Shown here: positions 1-10,124 of the stretch, one piece after another
Layout of the letters: each line of letters opens with the position of its first letter
Numbering within the stretch: the first letter of the stretch is position 1
Assembly (NCBI GenBank): GCA_019828565.1
Contig: JAHDYR010000031.1
Coordinates: 102,046 to 166,045 of the forward strand
From: Carpediemonas membranifera BICM
Taxonomy: Eukaryota > Protista > Fornicata
Direction of reading: 5' to 3'
Length of the DNA stretch: 64,000 nucleotides
The notes under the pieces: generated by a model
Databases searched by the model: none
The model's input: only the letters and a program-made list of their open reading frames with translations
What the model was told of the DNA's origin: nothing
Position numbers and translations under genes: made by a program

Positions 1-2265
1 GGGGAAGAGCCTGAAATCCCCGAGGAGAAGGATACAGTGCACGAGGCGAACCCGTTCTTCGGCTTCTTCCAGTTGGCAGGCCAGATGAGGAACATGGACA
101 GCAGCAGGAACGATCTCTCAAGCGATGACTATAGGCGCTACAAGTCCCGCGCTGAGAAGTGGATGCATACGATCTACGGCATGCTCACTGGCGACATCGC
201 GGTCGGCAGCAGAGCACCCATCAAGGACACACCCACCTGGGTCACTCTGGAGGTACTTCGTGGTGGATTTGCCTCTGGCGACTTCGTAGCCGGCGGCCCC
301 CTCCTCCAGTGGGAGAGTGACCTCGCTGTGCAGCACCACGTCGAGCCACACCGGGCAGACCTCAACCGCTTCTTCCTCACAGGCCAGGGCATGAAGATAA
401 TCCTCGACATGCTGGTTACAGGCAAATATCGTGTGTCCGTGCCCGAGGAGGCGGCCATCCCCGTGCTTGTGTGGTACGCCAGCAGCACCACCCCCGACTG
501 GAGCTCGATCACCAAGCTCGCCGCCGCCATCGCGCCCTTCTTCGACCGACTCCGCTTCTACCCCGAGCCCACGTCCACTGCCTTTAGCCCCTCGGAGATG
601 ACGTCCCTGATGACGGTGCCCGAGCTCATCGAGATGTTCAATACCACCAAGGGTCGTGCCAGTATCCAGGCCAACAGCGACGCCCTCAACTTCTGGCGTC
701 CGGCCTACATTGACCTGCTGACCCTCCTCACCGAGCTCACCGACCATCGAGGGCTGATGACAAGCGTGTCGCTCCCCACTGCGGGCTGGGTCAATAAGGC
801 ACGTGTGCTGTTCAACAAGATCCGGGCCTTCTGCCCCCATAGAGCAGACTACCCCAGGAAGATGCGTCGGGGGAACTTCGGCAAGCTCTTCGACTTCATG
901 GTCAAGCTCATCACAAGGAAGCCTGTGACCCAACTGGACAAGGACATGGCGTCCCACTGGCTCAAGGAGTCGACAGCCAAGTACGGCCTCGCCACGGATG
1001 CCAGAGGGAAGGCCCGGCTCGAGATGTACGCCTTAATCGCCCAGTCGATGGGAAACCCCAAGGAATACGCGCACCTTGTCGCCAGACGCCTGACCAAGGC
1101 CAAGGTGGCCGAGATCTTCGACCCCACATCGTTCACGCGCCCCGTCACCAAGCGCGAGGCCACACCCTCCATGCCGATGGGGCGCCCCATTCCAATGTCG
1201 GTGGCTGTGAAGGTGGAGCGGGGCGTGACAGACACCATTAATGGTCTCATCGGCCGCGGCGTGCTGACGTCGGCAGAAATGGTCGCCGCTATCATGCCGA
1301 AGGTCACGAGTGGCGTGCAGGCGGCGGTGTACAAGGACGAGACGCTGCGGGCCCTGATGACCCAAACCATGCGGGCATTCAGCTCCCGCCGCTCGCTGCT
1401 GCTGCTGAACCTTGAGAGCCAGGTTACGATCGACGAGCTCCCCTGGGTCAATGCCGTTGCCCGGTTCAGAGTCCGTGATAGGACGACCGCGCAGTTTAAC
1501 ATGGCACGCGACATGCTGGTCGCTGTGCTGATGGGCTGGCCGTACCAGATCCTGCCCAACAAGTTCCTGTCCGAGCTCGGCCGGCTCATGGCAGCTGCCC
1601 AGGTCAAGGCGACCCTTTCCATGGAACTGGCGGCCGACATATTCTGCGAACACTTTTCGACCTCTATGGTGACGGCGGTGCAGGAGGCGCTTGCCCGCTA
1701 CACCCCCGACAACCTCTACGCTGTCTATTATAACATCCGCGAGTTCGCCTGCGACGTCAAGACAGGGGCCGACGTCTTCGAGCTGTGCTGCAAGCGGTCG
1801 GGCCAGAGCAGAGAGACCCGTCGCCAGGCGGGTTACTCAGTGGCGAACAACGGGGCGCTGCTCGAGCAGTACCAGGTGCTCACCGCACACAACCTGGCCA
1901 AGCTGTGGGATGTGTTCTCTCTGGACCACGTATTCACCACTGAGCAGATGTCCGACATGGGGATGAGGATTGTGCACTTTATGGCAAAGGAGATCGCCAA
2001 CCACGAGGACGAGAAGTGCTACCACGCTCTTCTGCTCACCAGGAAGAACATCTGCTACGCCTGGCGCCAGTTCGTCTTCATCATGAGCAGGCTCCAGCAC
2101 GACGAGGTCGTGGCCGTGCTCGACGACCTGACTGCCGAGCTCGGTGATAAGATACCCCCCTCCATCATCCAGGGCTTCGAGGACCTCCGCGGGGCCCTAG
2201 ATGCGATGCCGCCCGCCAACCCCCAGTACGGATGGATCGCGTCCAAGAAGAAGCGGTACCAGTAG
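1..2265 (+). CDS. Conserved hypothetical protein resembling a bacterial family; 5' end probably outside the window
   Basis: Frame is open from base 1. The motifs GSRAPIKDTPTWVTLEVLRGGFASG, FSSRRSLLLLNLESQVTIDELPW and LLEQYQVLTAHNL recall an uncharacterised actinobacterial/myxobacterial family. Confidence 0.6.
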   Translation, partial: GEEPEIPEEKDTVHEANPFFGFFQLAGQMRNMDSSRNDLSSDDYRRYKSRAEKWMHTIYGMLTGDIAVGSRAPIKDTPTWVTLEVLRGGFASGDFVAGGPLLQWESDLAVQHHVEPHRADLNRFFLTGQGMKIILDMLVTGKYRVSVPEEAAIPVLVWYASSTTPDWSSITKLAAAIAPFFDRLRFYPEPTSTAFSPSEMTSLMTVPELIEMFNTTKGRASIQANSDALNFWRPAYIDLLTLLTELTDHRGLMTSVSLPTAGWVNKARVLFNKIRAFCPHRADYPRKMRRGNFGKLFDFMVKLITRKPVTQLDKDMASHWLKESTAKYGLATDARGKARLEMYALIAQSMGNPKEYAHLVARRLTKAKVAEIFDPTSFTRPVTKREATPSMPMGRPIPMSVAVKVERGVTDTINGLIGRGVLTSAEMVAAIMPKVTSGVQAAVYKDETLRALMTQTMRAFSSRRSLLLLNLESQVTIDELPWVNAVARFRVRDRTTAQFNMARDMLVAVLMGWPYQILPNKFLSELGRLMAAAQVKATLSMELAADIFCEHFSTSMVTAVQEALARYTPDNLYAVYYNIREFACDVKTGADVFELCCKRSGQSRETRRQAGYSVANNGALLEQYQVLTAHNLAKLWDVFSLDHVFTTEQMSDMGMRIVHFMAKEIANHEDEKCYHALLLTRKNICYAWRQFVFIMSRLQHDEVVAVLDDLTAELGDKIPPSIIQGFEDLRGALDAMPPANPQYGWIASKKKRYQ

Positions 2266-2286
2266 TCTACTTTATAAATAGCAACA

Positions 2287-4281
2287 TTACTCCTGGGCCA
2301 GAGTGAATCTAAGATACTGCCGCAGGAGCGTCAGGTCCGCGGGCTTCCAGGGCGACGCTACGGGTCGCTCGTCCCCGTATGATAGGTCGTGGACGGAGAC
2401 CACCTTGCTGCGCCACGTCATGGGGATGCCGAAGAGCAGCTCCGGGCTCGAGATGATCTTGGCGAGCACCTTCCGGGCCGTCTCAACGTGTCGGCCGGGT
2501 CTGGGGCACATGCCAAGCTCCCACATGCGGATGAGCGTGGCGGATGCGATCCACGGCGGGATTCTCCGCGGTGTGAAGGCCATGACGTGCCGGACGACGC
2601 ACAGCACCGGGAACAGGTCGGGACGGGTCGCCAGCATCGCCCGGAGTCTGGCGCTGCTCCTGTCGGCGTGCAGGTGGGCCTCCGTGACCTGTGCCGTGAC
2701 ATCCCCTAAGCTGCACTCGATAATCGGGATGCGGGCCCGGTCGACGAACTTGGCCGGAACGCCCGCCTGCTGCAGGGCTGCGAACACGGATCTAATAGAT
2801 ATGAACGGACCGCTGGGCAGCGTGGCCATGACATCAAGGTCCGAGCCCTCTGAGGCGAACCCCGTGCTGACTGACCCATGCAGTGTCAGACGCACACCGG
2901 GCAGCAGGGCCTGCAGCGCGGGCAGGGCGGCGGCGAGTCGGGCAGCCCTCGCTCGGCCATGGTGCTCAGCGTCGAGACCCACGCTCGCCAGGGCGCGGCT
3001 GTCGATGAGGTTGGTCCATGCAGGAGGCTGGCCGTCCAGGGCAGCCTGGTGTATCTCCTTGGTGTATCTGACCACCGAACCGGCGTGTATGCTGCGGTCG
3101 GCCCTCTCGTCGAGGACCCTGCCTGTTGTCAGGAAGTGGATCAGTTCGCCCCGGCTCCGGAACGGGGCTGCCATGCCGAGCCCGTCCGTGACCTTGAAGG
3201 AGTCCAGCCGTGGGTCCAGCTGGATCCCAGTGTCGTGAGGCAGGGTGATCGATTGGGTGGGGCTGAGGGTGGCGGCCATGTGCTCCATCGCCCCCAGCAC
3301 CGCCTGGCACATGCGGCCGAAGAGGGTGGGTGCGTCGTCGGTTACCGTAGGGGTCGGGACGGCCTGGTCCATGCGACACGGTGGGAGTACACCCACCCTG
3401 ACCAGGGCGCACACGGCGAGGACGGCCGCGGAGTACGTACTGGATATGCGCTTGATCCCGAAGAGCGTGGCCGCCACAAAGGCGCGGACAGCGTCCCGGA
3501 CGACGGGGTGGGACAGCAGCAGCTGCCTAAGGAATGCGGTGGTGAGCTCCTCGTGGGTGGGGTTGAGGATAACGCACACGGTCGCCTGGAAGAGGCCAAG
3601 TGACGCCCGGACGCGGCGCTGGATGCGGTCAGAGCGGCTCAGATGGTACTCCTCCCCGAACTTGGTGGCGATGGCGTCCCTTATGGCCGCCTTCATGGCG
3701 TCTGTGATGGGGCGGGGGGAACGCACAATAAGGTCGACGGCACTACTGAAGGAGGCCAGGCCATAGTCATACGAGCCCACCAGGGTCACCTGGAACGATC
3801 CTACGGTCATGATGGCGACGGTTGCGTCCCGCATCAGCTGTGCCGCGACGTCGTCGGTGGCGACGGAGTAGAGCGGGGATGCGGCGAAGTAGTCGAAGAT
3901 GTTGAGGCTGACGTCGGGTGAGATGGTGATCAGGGGTGCCTGAACGCTGGGAGAGCTCGTGCTGGTCACGGAGATGACGTTGAAGCGGTTTCCGTCTGCG
4001 TCTTCTGCGAAGGGCTGCGCGTCGTCATATGCCCAGTGGTCATCGTTCACGAGAAACTGATAGCGGTGATCGCCGATGGGGAGATCTAGCGATAGCATCC
4101 AGCCATCTGCTAAGCCGTCGACAGCGGGTGATGAAAGCTGTGCTCGGACGCATGGGATGTGCGTGGACCAGTTGCAGAAGGAGCCTGTTACAGCAACCTC
4201 GTTTGCTTTGTATGGCCACACGAGCTTTACTCTCTGCATTTGTTCAAGTTTCGCCTGTGATAATCCACTTGGACCTCCCAC
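2287..4281 (-). CDS. CBM48/AMPK-beta-like glycogen-binding domain fused to two Pol-beta-type nucleotidyltransferase (PAP/TUTase-like) domains
   Basis: N-terminus has EVAVTGSFCNW...GDHRYQFLVNDDHW. NTase motifs are VGSYDYGLASFSSAVDL (degenerate) and HGSVSTGFASEGSDLDV...ARIPII (intact). First ATG is probably MQRVKL. Confidence 0.75.
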   Translation of the reverse strand: MGGPSGLSQAKLEQMQRVKLVWPYKANEVAVTGSFCNWSTHIPCVRAQLSSPAVDGLADGWMLSLDLPIGDHRYQFLVNDDHWAYDDAQPFAEDADGNRFNVISVTSTSSPSVQAPLITISPDVSLNIFDYFAASPLYSVATDDVAAQLMRDATVAIMTVGSFQVTLVGSYDYGLASFSSAVDLIVRSPRPITDAMKAAIRDAIATKFGEEYHLSRSDRIQRRVRASLGLFQATVCVILNPTHEELTTAFLRQLLLSHPVVRDAVRAFVAATLFGIKRISSTYSAAVLAVCALVRVGVLPPCRMDQAVPTPTVTDDAPTLFGRMCQAVLGAMEHMAATLSPTQSITLPHDTGIQLDPRLDSFKVTDGLGMAAPFRSRGELIHFLTTGRVLDERADRSIHAGSVVRYTKEIHQAALDGQPPAWTNLIDSRALASVGLDAEHHGRARAARLAAALPALQALLPGVRLTLHGSVSTGFASEGSDLDVMATLPSGPFISIRSVFAALQQAGVPAKFVDRARIPIIECSLGDVTAQVTEAHLHADRSSARLRAMLATRPDLFPVLCVVRHVMAFTPRRIPPWIASATLIRMWELGMCPRPGRHVETARKVLAKIISSPELLFGIPMTWRSKVVSVHDLSYGDERPVASPWKPADLTLLRQYLRFTLAQE

Positions 4282-4470
4282 CGACTGTCTCCCAAATCAC
4301 ACAAGATCACACGCACAGAATCTAGCTCGGTCTCGATAATGCCCCCTTCGTGCACTGGGCACGCTGGTCCGAGCAATCGTCCCTGCGCGCCGGCACTGTC
4401 AGCATGACCGGGGGGGTCGTCGAGACAGCATTTATGACACTGATGGGAGTATACTGCATCTAGTGGCCCT

Positions 4471-5064
4471 CTACCCTGCCGGTGTCGTCCGCATGCTGAT
4501 GTAGACCCTGACGGCGGTGAGGAACCCCCAGAGGCCGTGCCGCTCCTCCATGAAGGCGAGGTCCCGGCCATGGCGGCTCCCCTTGTGTGGACGGTGGTTG
4601 TTTGTGTGATGGACCCTGTGTGCTGCCTCGTGGTTGGGCTGTACGGCACGGGACCTGCTGTGGCGATGCTTCGCGGCCTGGTCGAAGTCGGGCATGCTTC
4701 GTGAGGGACGTAGGAGCGTCTTGCTGGTGGCGACCGGGGATGTCTGCAGGGATCGCGAGATGGTGGCCTTCGGACGGGCCTGAGCTCTGTATAAGGCCAG
4801 CGTCTTGCGGAGCTCCTTCCTACTTTGGAACCCGAGGATCCGCACAATCTCACTCTCTTTCCAACCGGCCTTCAATAGGTGGATTGCGCGCCTCGATGTC
4901 CTCGCGGAATGCGATGTACGCTTTTCAGGGATAATTGGAATCGTGCACTGTCGCGCCTCATTCACGCTACGGGTAACATGCTTCATGCTGGAGCTTCTAT
5001 GGTTGGAAACCATCGAGAATCTCTCCTTTCCTCGCGTCACAGTCGCTAGCGAGCCCGCTATCAA
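4471..5064 (-). CDS. Hypothetical basic protein with a possible helix-turn-helix
   Basis: ORF fills the space between neighbouring genes; RRAIHLLKAGWKESEIVRILG is HTH-like. Confidence 0.4.
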   Translation of the reverse strand: MIAGSLATVTRGKERFSMVSNHRSSSMKHVTRSVNEARQCTIPIIPEKRTSHSARTSRRAIHLLKAGWKESEIVRILGFQSRKELRKTLALYRAQARPKATISRSLQTSPVATSKTLLRPSRSMPDFDQAAKHRHSRSRAVQPNHEAAHRVHHTNNHRPHKGSRHGRDLAFMEERHGLWGFLTAVRVYISMRTTPAG

Positions 5065-5179
5065 TTCTTGATGGTGTCACAGAGACGGGATCAGATCCTC
5101 TCAAATCAGACGCAGTCAAGGTCTTACCTGGGCTCGCCGACAGACGACAGATGATCTGCGCTGCTTTATTTCCGCGGCC

Positions 5180-6514
5180 TCAATCCATCATCAGTTCCCG
5201 CTCAACCAGCCGCCCCGTGGGAACCTGGCTCTCCCCAGGCTCCTCCAGGTCCCTCTGAACGCCCAGGTCGGCGTCTTCCTTCCGCCTGTGCTCCCTGGCC
5301 TTGTTGGTGCCGACCATGCAGGTCCACGGGGTCGAGGCAGCTGACACCACGGACCCCTGCCTGGTGGGGGCCGGCCGCTGTGTCGACGCCGTCTTGGTGA
5401 CAACGCGCGGGTCGTTCCCACGACGAACAGTGCGGGCATCGGACGAGACCTCAATGACGAGCCCCGCGGGGTCACGAAGGTAGGCCACGTTGCCCACGCC
5501 AGCCTTAAACCGCGGGCCGGCCACGATCTCATGCCCGTCAGCGGGGAGGGTGTTCCAGAAGGCGGTGAGGTCGGGAACATGCACTGAGATGCCCTTGCAG
5601 ATGGAGTGCTTCAGCTCGGTCTGCTGCCGGACGCTGTCGACGTAGCAGACGGACGGGAACACTGTCCTATCTCCCGCGGCAATGTAGAAGTACGAGCACC
5701 GCAGCTGTAGGAACGTCTCTTTGTCGACGGCGTGGAGACCAACCCTGCCGTTGATCGGCTTGATGCACCCGTCAGGGCCCGGCCGCACGTCCTGGGCGTT
5801 GTTGAACGGGGTGTCGCCCCCGGTAGTGTGGACGATCGCACTGAACGTCTGGTCGTACCAGCGGACGGCGGTCTCCGCGGCCAGGCAGGGCAGCTGAAGG
5901 AAGGCCAGCCTGCAGTCCATGTCTGGGATGATCGAGCGCTGCCCGGGAGCTGAGCTGGCAAACGAGCTCGGCAGCTGGGTCACCCGCACCCTATACCCGT
6001 TGGGGTCAAGCACGATGGCGGTCTTGACCCCGAATATGTCGACCGGCTCCGTAACTACGGACAGCCCCGCCCCGTGCACACGCTGCATCACCATGGCCAG
6101 GTCAGACACGTAGAACACGAGCATGGTGTTGTCGTTAGGCTGGTAGGGCGCCGCTGACACGTGGTTCCCGTCAATGGCGTCATGGCCTGAGGCCTCGAAG
6201 CGAAGCGAGACCGACAGGGGGTGGTTCTCAGCAGGGCGCATCCCTCGCTGTGGAGCCATGAAAACTGCTATTTGTGTGGTGAGATTAGGCGATGCCGTAT
6301 ACGTTTCGACGAGAGAGAGGCAGGTAGTATAGAAAAACCGGGTCATCGGCATGTCTACGGCACGGAAAATGAACGAACGAATGAATATGTTCATATTAGA
6401 GATAATGGCCTTCTCCTCGGCCGGAAGGGTTGTTGTGTTGGCGACGCTCAGCATCGCGAATATGAGCGTGCAGGCTAAGGATATTGGCGTGTGGTGATCA
6501 TCTCCATCCCTCAT
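5180..6514 (-). CDS. Glyoxalase/VOC-fold protein
   Basis: Repeated VOC motifs LVFYVSDL...AIVLDPNGYRVRV and ISVHVPDL...AYLRDPAGLVIEV. Confidence 0.75.
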   Translation of the reverse strand: MRDGDDHHTPISLACTLIFAMLSVANTTTLPAEEKAIISNMNIFIRSFIFRAVDMPMTRFFYTTCLSLVETYTASPNLTTQIAVFMAPQRGMRPAENHPLSVSLRFEASGHDAIDGNHVSAAPYQPNDNTMLVFYVSDLAMVMQRVHGAGLSVVTEPVDIFGVKTAIVLDPNGYRVRVTQLPSSFASSAPGQRSIIPDMDCRLAFLQLPCLAAETAVRWYDQTFSAIVHTTGGDTPFNNAQDVRPGPDGCIKPINGRVGLHAVDKETFLQLRCSYFYIAAGDRTVFPSVCYVDSVRQQTELKHSICKGISVHVPDLTAFWNTLPADGHEIVAGPRFKAGVGNVAYLRDPAGLVIEVSSDARTVRRGNDPRVVTKTASTQRPAPTRQGSVVSAASTPWTCMVGTNKAREHRRKEDADLGVQRDLEEPGESQVPTGRLVERELMMD

Positions 6515-6645
6515 TCACGGGCAGTTGTTGCCATGGATTGGTTACCCCATACTTGGTCGCGTTGCCGCTGAGTATTCCTTTGTCAGCCGGGTCACGAAGA
6601 ATTCAAACAGGCGCACACTGACCGCGTGCTAGGCAACTGTGGCCG

Positions 6646-7356
6646 ATGGCAGCGTCATTTGATGGCGGGAGTGACCTTGATTTCCACTCGATTTTGGACT
6701 CGAAGAAAGCTGCGCATCTTCAACCATCAACCACAATGGCAGAAAACGAACGAAACAAACAGAACACCGCGAGAGATATGTTGTGGGACTGTGCGGGACT
6801 GTCTTATTCTCACTCGTTTGACATTTTGTCGTCCTCACAAGAAGCTGGTACCGAAATTCAGCGACAATCGAAACGAAAAAGGCATGCGATGACAATTGGC
6901 GACGATAGTACATTCAACCAGTTGCTTATTGCGCCTCCGTCCGTTATTTACGATGAACGGTCGAGAAACTCGATTGACGACGAGCTCATCATCCCCAGCC
7001 GCACCTACGAGTTGGACGTCAACGACGCACGCCAACCGCCGTTGTCGCCGTCGTTCCCCACGAACAGCTTTGGGACCAGTGCGTACCCGTCCCGCGACAT
7101 CACCGAGAGGCCGGACAGCCCCTCGACGGACTACACCCTCACAGACGGGGAAAGGGCGTACGAGATCGTGTCGGGGTCCTCAAGTGAGATGCACATGTGT
7201 CTGACCGAGGAGCAGGATTACCTCGGCAACACGACGAACTGCACCGACGGCCGCGTCTCCCCCAAGGTGGAGCCCGACGATGGAGACCCCAGGGCGCCCC
7301 TGCTGGCGCGGCTGTGGCAGTGGCTCGTGCATATTATTTATGATTACGTTCTGTAG
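6646..7356 (+). CDS. Hypothetical protein
   Basis: 236-aa ATG ORF fitting between neighbours; no recognised motif. Confidence 0.45.
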   Translation: MAASFDGGSDLDFHSILDSKKAAHLQPSTTMAENERNKQNTARDMLWDCAGLSYSHSFDILSSSQEAGTEIQRQSKRKRHAMTIGDDSTFNQLLIAPPSVIYDERSRNSIDDELIIPSRTYELDVNDARQPPLSPSFPTNSFGTSAYPSRDITERPDSPSTDYTLTDGERAYEIVSGSSSEMHMCLTEEQDYLGNTTNCTDGRVSPKVEPDDGDPRAPLLARLWQWLVHIIYDYVL

Positions 7357-7465
7357 ATTCCAGGCGAATGGGGCCGGCTACCCCGGTTCCCGCCGTAGTA
7401 AACCTATCACAGTACGCATCTGATGGACACCAGCACGAGCACATTTATACAGACCCACCGGCCCC

Positions 7466-8911
7466 TCACGCCGAGAGGTACATATCCCTGAAGCTTGCCG
7501 CGGACCCTTGTATCTTGCCCGCCCCCGCCCGTGCCAGGGCATCCACCGCGCCCCGACCGTCACACCGCTCGAACAGCGTCAGGAACTGGGTGTCACGGTC
7601 GAACAGCTTGGCCAGGAAGCCGAGACACAGCTCCTGCAGATCAGACGCCCGGATCTCGGGGCGGAGGACGAAGACGGCGCGGGCAATGACGGTATCGTCG
7701 ACTACATCCTGGATGACGGAGAGATCCGCCACGGCCGCCATCGTCGTCAGCAGCCAGAACACCTCCGCGGTGACTCTCTGCCGCGTGATGACAAGGGCGT
7801 CCGGGATGACTGCCAGCATGCGGGCCCCGTGCATCTCCTCAGCAAAGGCCGGCAGCCGGCCTATGAGCTGCGCCATGAGCCATATGGACCTAACTTGCAC
7901 AGGCTCGGGGACTTGGGCGTACAGCGTCGCCTGGATCACCACGCGGGCACGGTGTTGCTGGGCCAGCTGCCGGGCTGGACCCTCGCCCATGATCGCGATG
8001 TTCCCCAGCACCGCCAGGGCCCGGGCCGTGATCGCCTGCGGGGCAAGGGTGGCGACCGTGGCGACGAGGTCGATCAGGTCAGGTCCGAGAACCCCGATGT
8101 CATCGGCAGACATCGCGCTGGTGCAGGTCATGAGCAGTAGCACGCCGCTATGGGCCGGCTGGTGCAGGTTCTTGGCCGTGGGGTTGGCGATGAGGCTCTT
8201 AAACACCCTGCACAGCGCCTCGACGACGGGGCCGACGAGCACGGAGGGGAAGAGCGTCGCCTGCCCATCAATGCCGGTAATCATCGCCAGCAACGCTATA
8301 GCTGCATCTGTGTGCGACGGGTACGCGCTGATGAGTGTCACGGCGTCATGCACGGTCGTCGGTGCGATCTGGAAGTGGCGCAGGACCCGGATCATGTTCG
8401 CGAGACATGCCGCCGCCTGCCGGGCCAGCGAGTAGTGTCTTATGCCCATCGCCTCGTGTAGTATGGCCTCCACCGCCTTGCCGACGGACGGGTCGCCCGT
8501 GATGATCGAGGCGTTCAGTAGGAGCGCGTTCAGCGCCGAGAGGGCGTGTGGCGCGACGTTAGTCCCGTGGCTTACGGGTAGGGCGGATAGGACCGGTATG
8601 GCGCCCTTTTCCACGCCCGTGTCGACGAGACTAGGGCTGTGGAGGAAGTTGTACTCGAGCACCGCCAGCATGCGGATGATCTCAGCCTCCTCACAGGTGT
8701 TAATGTGCCCTAGCATGTATATAAGATAGTCTTTCGTGATCTCCTCGGCTGGGAGGATGCGCTCAGCGCTGGACTGAGCGCTGAGCTCAAGTACCTCCGA
8801 ACGCTTCATCTTACGCAAGCTCTGCAGCGAGATTCCTCGTTCTCGTCGACTATCATCTGCAGTAAAGCCTCGACGGACATTCCTTGTCGGCGTAGAGCTC
8901 ATAGACACCAC
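7466..8911 (-). CDS. Importin-alpha-like ARM-repeat protein
   Basis: IBB-like N-terminus (DSRRERGISLQSLRKMKRSE) followed by ARM repeats (ALAVLGNIA, EVFWLLTTM). Confidence 0.75.
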   Translation of the reverse strand: MVSMSSTPTRNVRRGFTADDSRRERGISLQSLRKMKRSEVLELSAQSSAERILPAEEITKDYLIYMLGHINTCEEAEIIRMLAVLEYNFLHSPSLVDTGVEKGAIPVLSALPVSHGTNVAPHALSALNALLLNASIITGDPSVGKAVEAILHEAMGIRHYSLARQAAACLANMIRVLRHFQIAPTTVHDAVTLISAYPSHTDAAIALLAMITGIDGQATLFPSVLVGPVVEALCRVFKSLIANPTAKNLHQPAHSGVLLLMTCTSAMSADDIGVLGPDLIDLVATVATLAPQAITARALAVLGNIAIMGEGPARQLAQQHRARVVIQATLYAQVPEPVQVRSIWLMAQLIGRLPAFAEEMHGARMLAVIPDALVITRQRVTAEVFWLLTTMAAVADLSVIQDVVDDTVIARAVFVLRPEIRASDLQELCLGFLAKLFDRDTQFLTLFERCDGRGAVDALARAGAGKIQGSAASFRDMYLSA

Positions 8912-9052
8912 CGGGCTTCAATGCTTGTCCTGCGAAAATCAGACCCTGGTCACCATGCGTCCCAATGCCTAGTAAGGGCCTCCGGAGGCTACTGGGGAGG
9001 CCAGTGGCTCCTGGCAGCATGTCAGTTTCTGCAGTTTTATGGTGAATATCAC

Positions 9053-10069
9053 ATGGCACCAAACAGCGCACCTCCGTCCTTCACAGAGCTAGAGCATGAG
9101 CTCAATGACGTTCTCATTTCGGAAGAGTTTCTCCCATTGGCTTATTTCTCCAGGAAAATCTCCAGTTCAGTCTCTGCTTCAATTCAGAGCAATATGTCGA
9201 TAACGAGGCGTCGTATGACCAGTCCGGCGGCAGATATGATCAATATGACACCAAAACTTGCTGATGAGTCCGCATCACTGCGTCCCGTTGCTGACACGTC
9301 CGCGTCAATCCATGCCCGTCGGGGGCCGGTGTGCGGCGGCCTCACACTTCGCCACGCCGCCACAACCAGCGCGGAGACCAGCTTGAGCTGTGCCCTGGGC
9401 GCTCTGGCCTTTAGCCTGCAATCGATGACGCCGTTTGAAGCCCCCAAGGCCACTGTCGGCGTCCTCAAGTCGTCCGTGGCCAAGGGCCCAGTGACCGCGG
9501 ACCTCGCCGTCTCAGCGAACTCCAACAGTGTCAGTGTGATGCCTGCCGCGTCTGTCCGTCTGCTGTCACGGGAGACCGAGCTGGGCAACGTCGAGGCCGT
9601 CATTGGAGCCGCCGTCGTCGCCCCCGTGCAGAAGAGCGTGCCTGTGCTCGACTTGGCATGCAGGGTGTCCCTCCGCAAGCCCGAGCCGGCCCCCCTCCCT
9701 CCACCAGTCAAGCAGGGTCGGTTCAAGAAGGCGGCCCCGCCACCCCGTGCCCCCCTGCCCAGGAAGGGGCCCGAGTCGGTGGTCGGCACGGTGTCGGCCT
9801 GCACCAACGGACTGGTCTCTGCCGGTGTGGCTTCCGTCCACCGCGGCGTGACCCTCGCGGCGAGGGCCATCGTCGACTTCCCCGCCAAGAACATCGAGCC
9901 CCAGCTGGCGGTGCAGACCACCATCAACGGGGCGGATCTGTCTCTTTCAGTGCACCAGGGCGTGCTTGTTAAAGCCAGCACGATGGTGGGCCGGTCGAGG
10001 GTCGGCTTGTCGAGCCACCTGCCAGTTCACGGCATGCCTGCGGTCGGGATGTCCCTGGTGATCGAGTAA
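9053..10069 (+). CDS. Eukaryotic porin-like beta-barrel (VDAC/Tom40 family) candidate
   Basis: Alternating amphipathic beta-strand pattern and C-terminal beta-signal-like VGMSLVIE. The start is uncertain (ORF is open from 8921). Confidence 0.45.
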   Translation: MAPNSAPPSFTELEHELNDVLISEEFLPLAYFSRKISSSVSASIQSNMSITRRRMTSPAADMINMTPKLADESASLRPVADTSASIHARRGPVCGGLTLRHAATTSAETSLSCALGALAFSLQSMTPFEAPKATVGVLKSSVAKGPVTADLAVSANSNSVSVMPAASVRLLSRETELGNVEAVIGAAVVAPVQKSVPVLDLACRVSLRKPEPAPLPPPVKQGRFKKAAPPPRAPLPRKGPESVVGTVSACTNGLVSAGVASVHRGVTLAARAIVDFPAKNIEPQLAVQTTINGADLSLSVHQGVLVKASTMVGRSRVGLSSHLPVHGMPAVGMSLVIE

Positions 10070-10124
10070 ACGCGCAGGTGTGGCGGATTAGTGGCAGATC
10101 CGCAGGGAAGACAATCGTTGAAAC

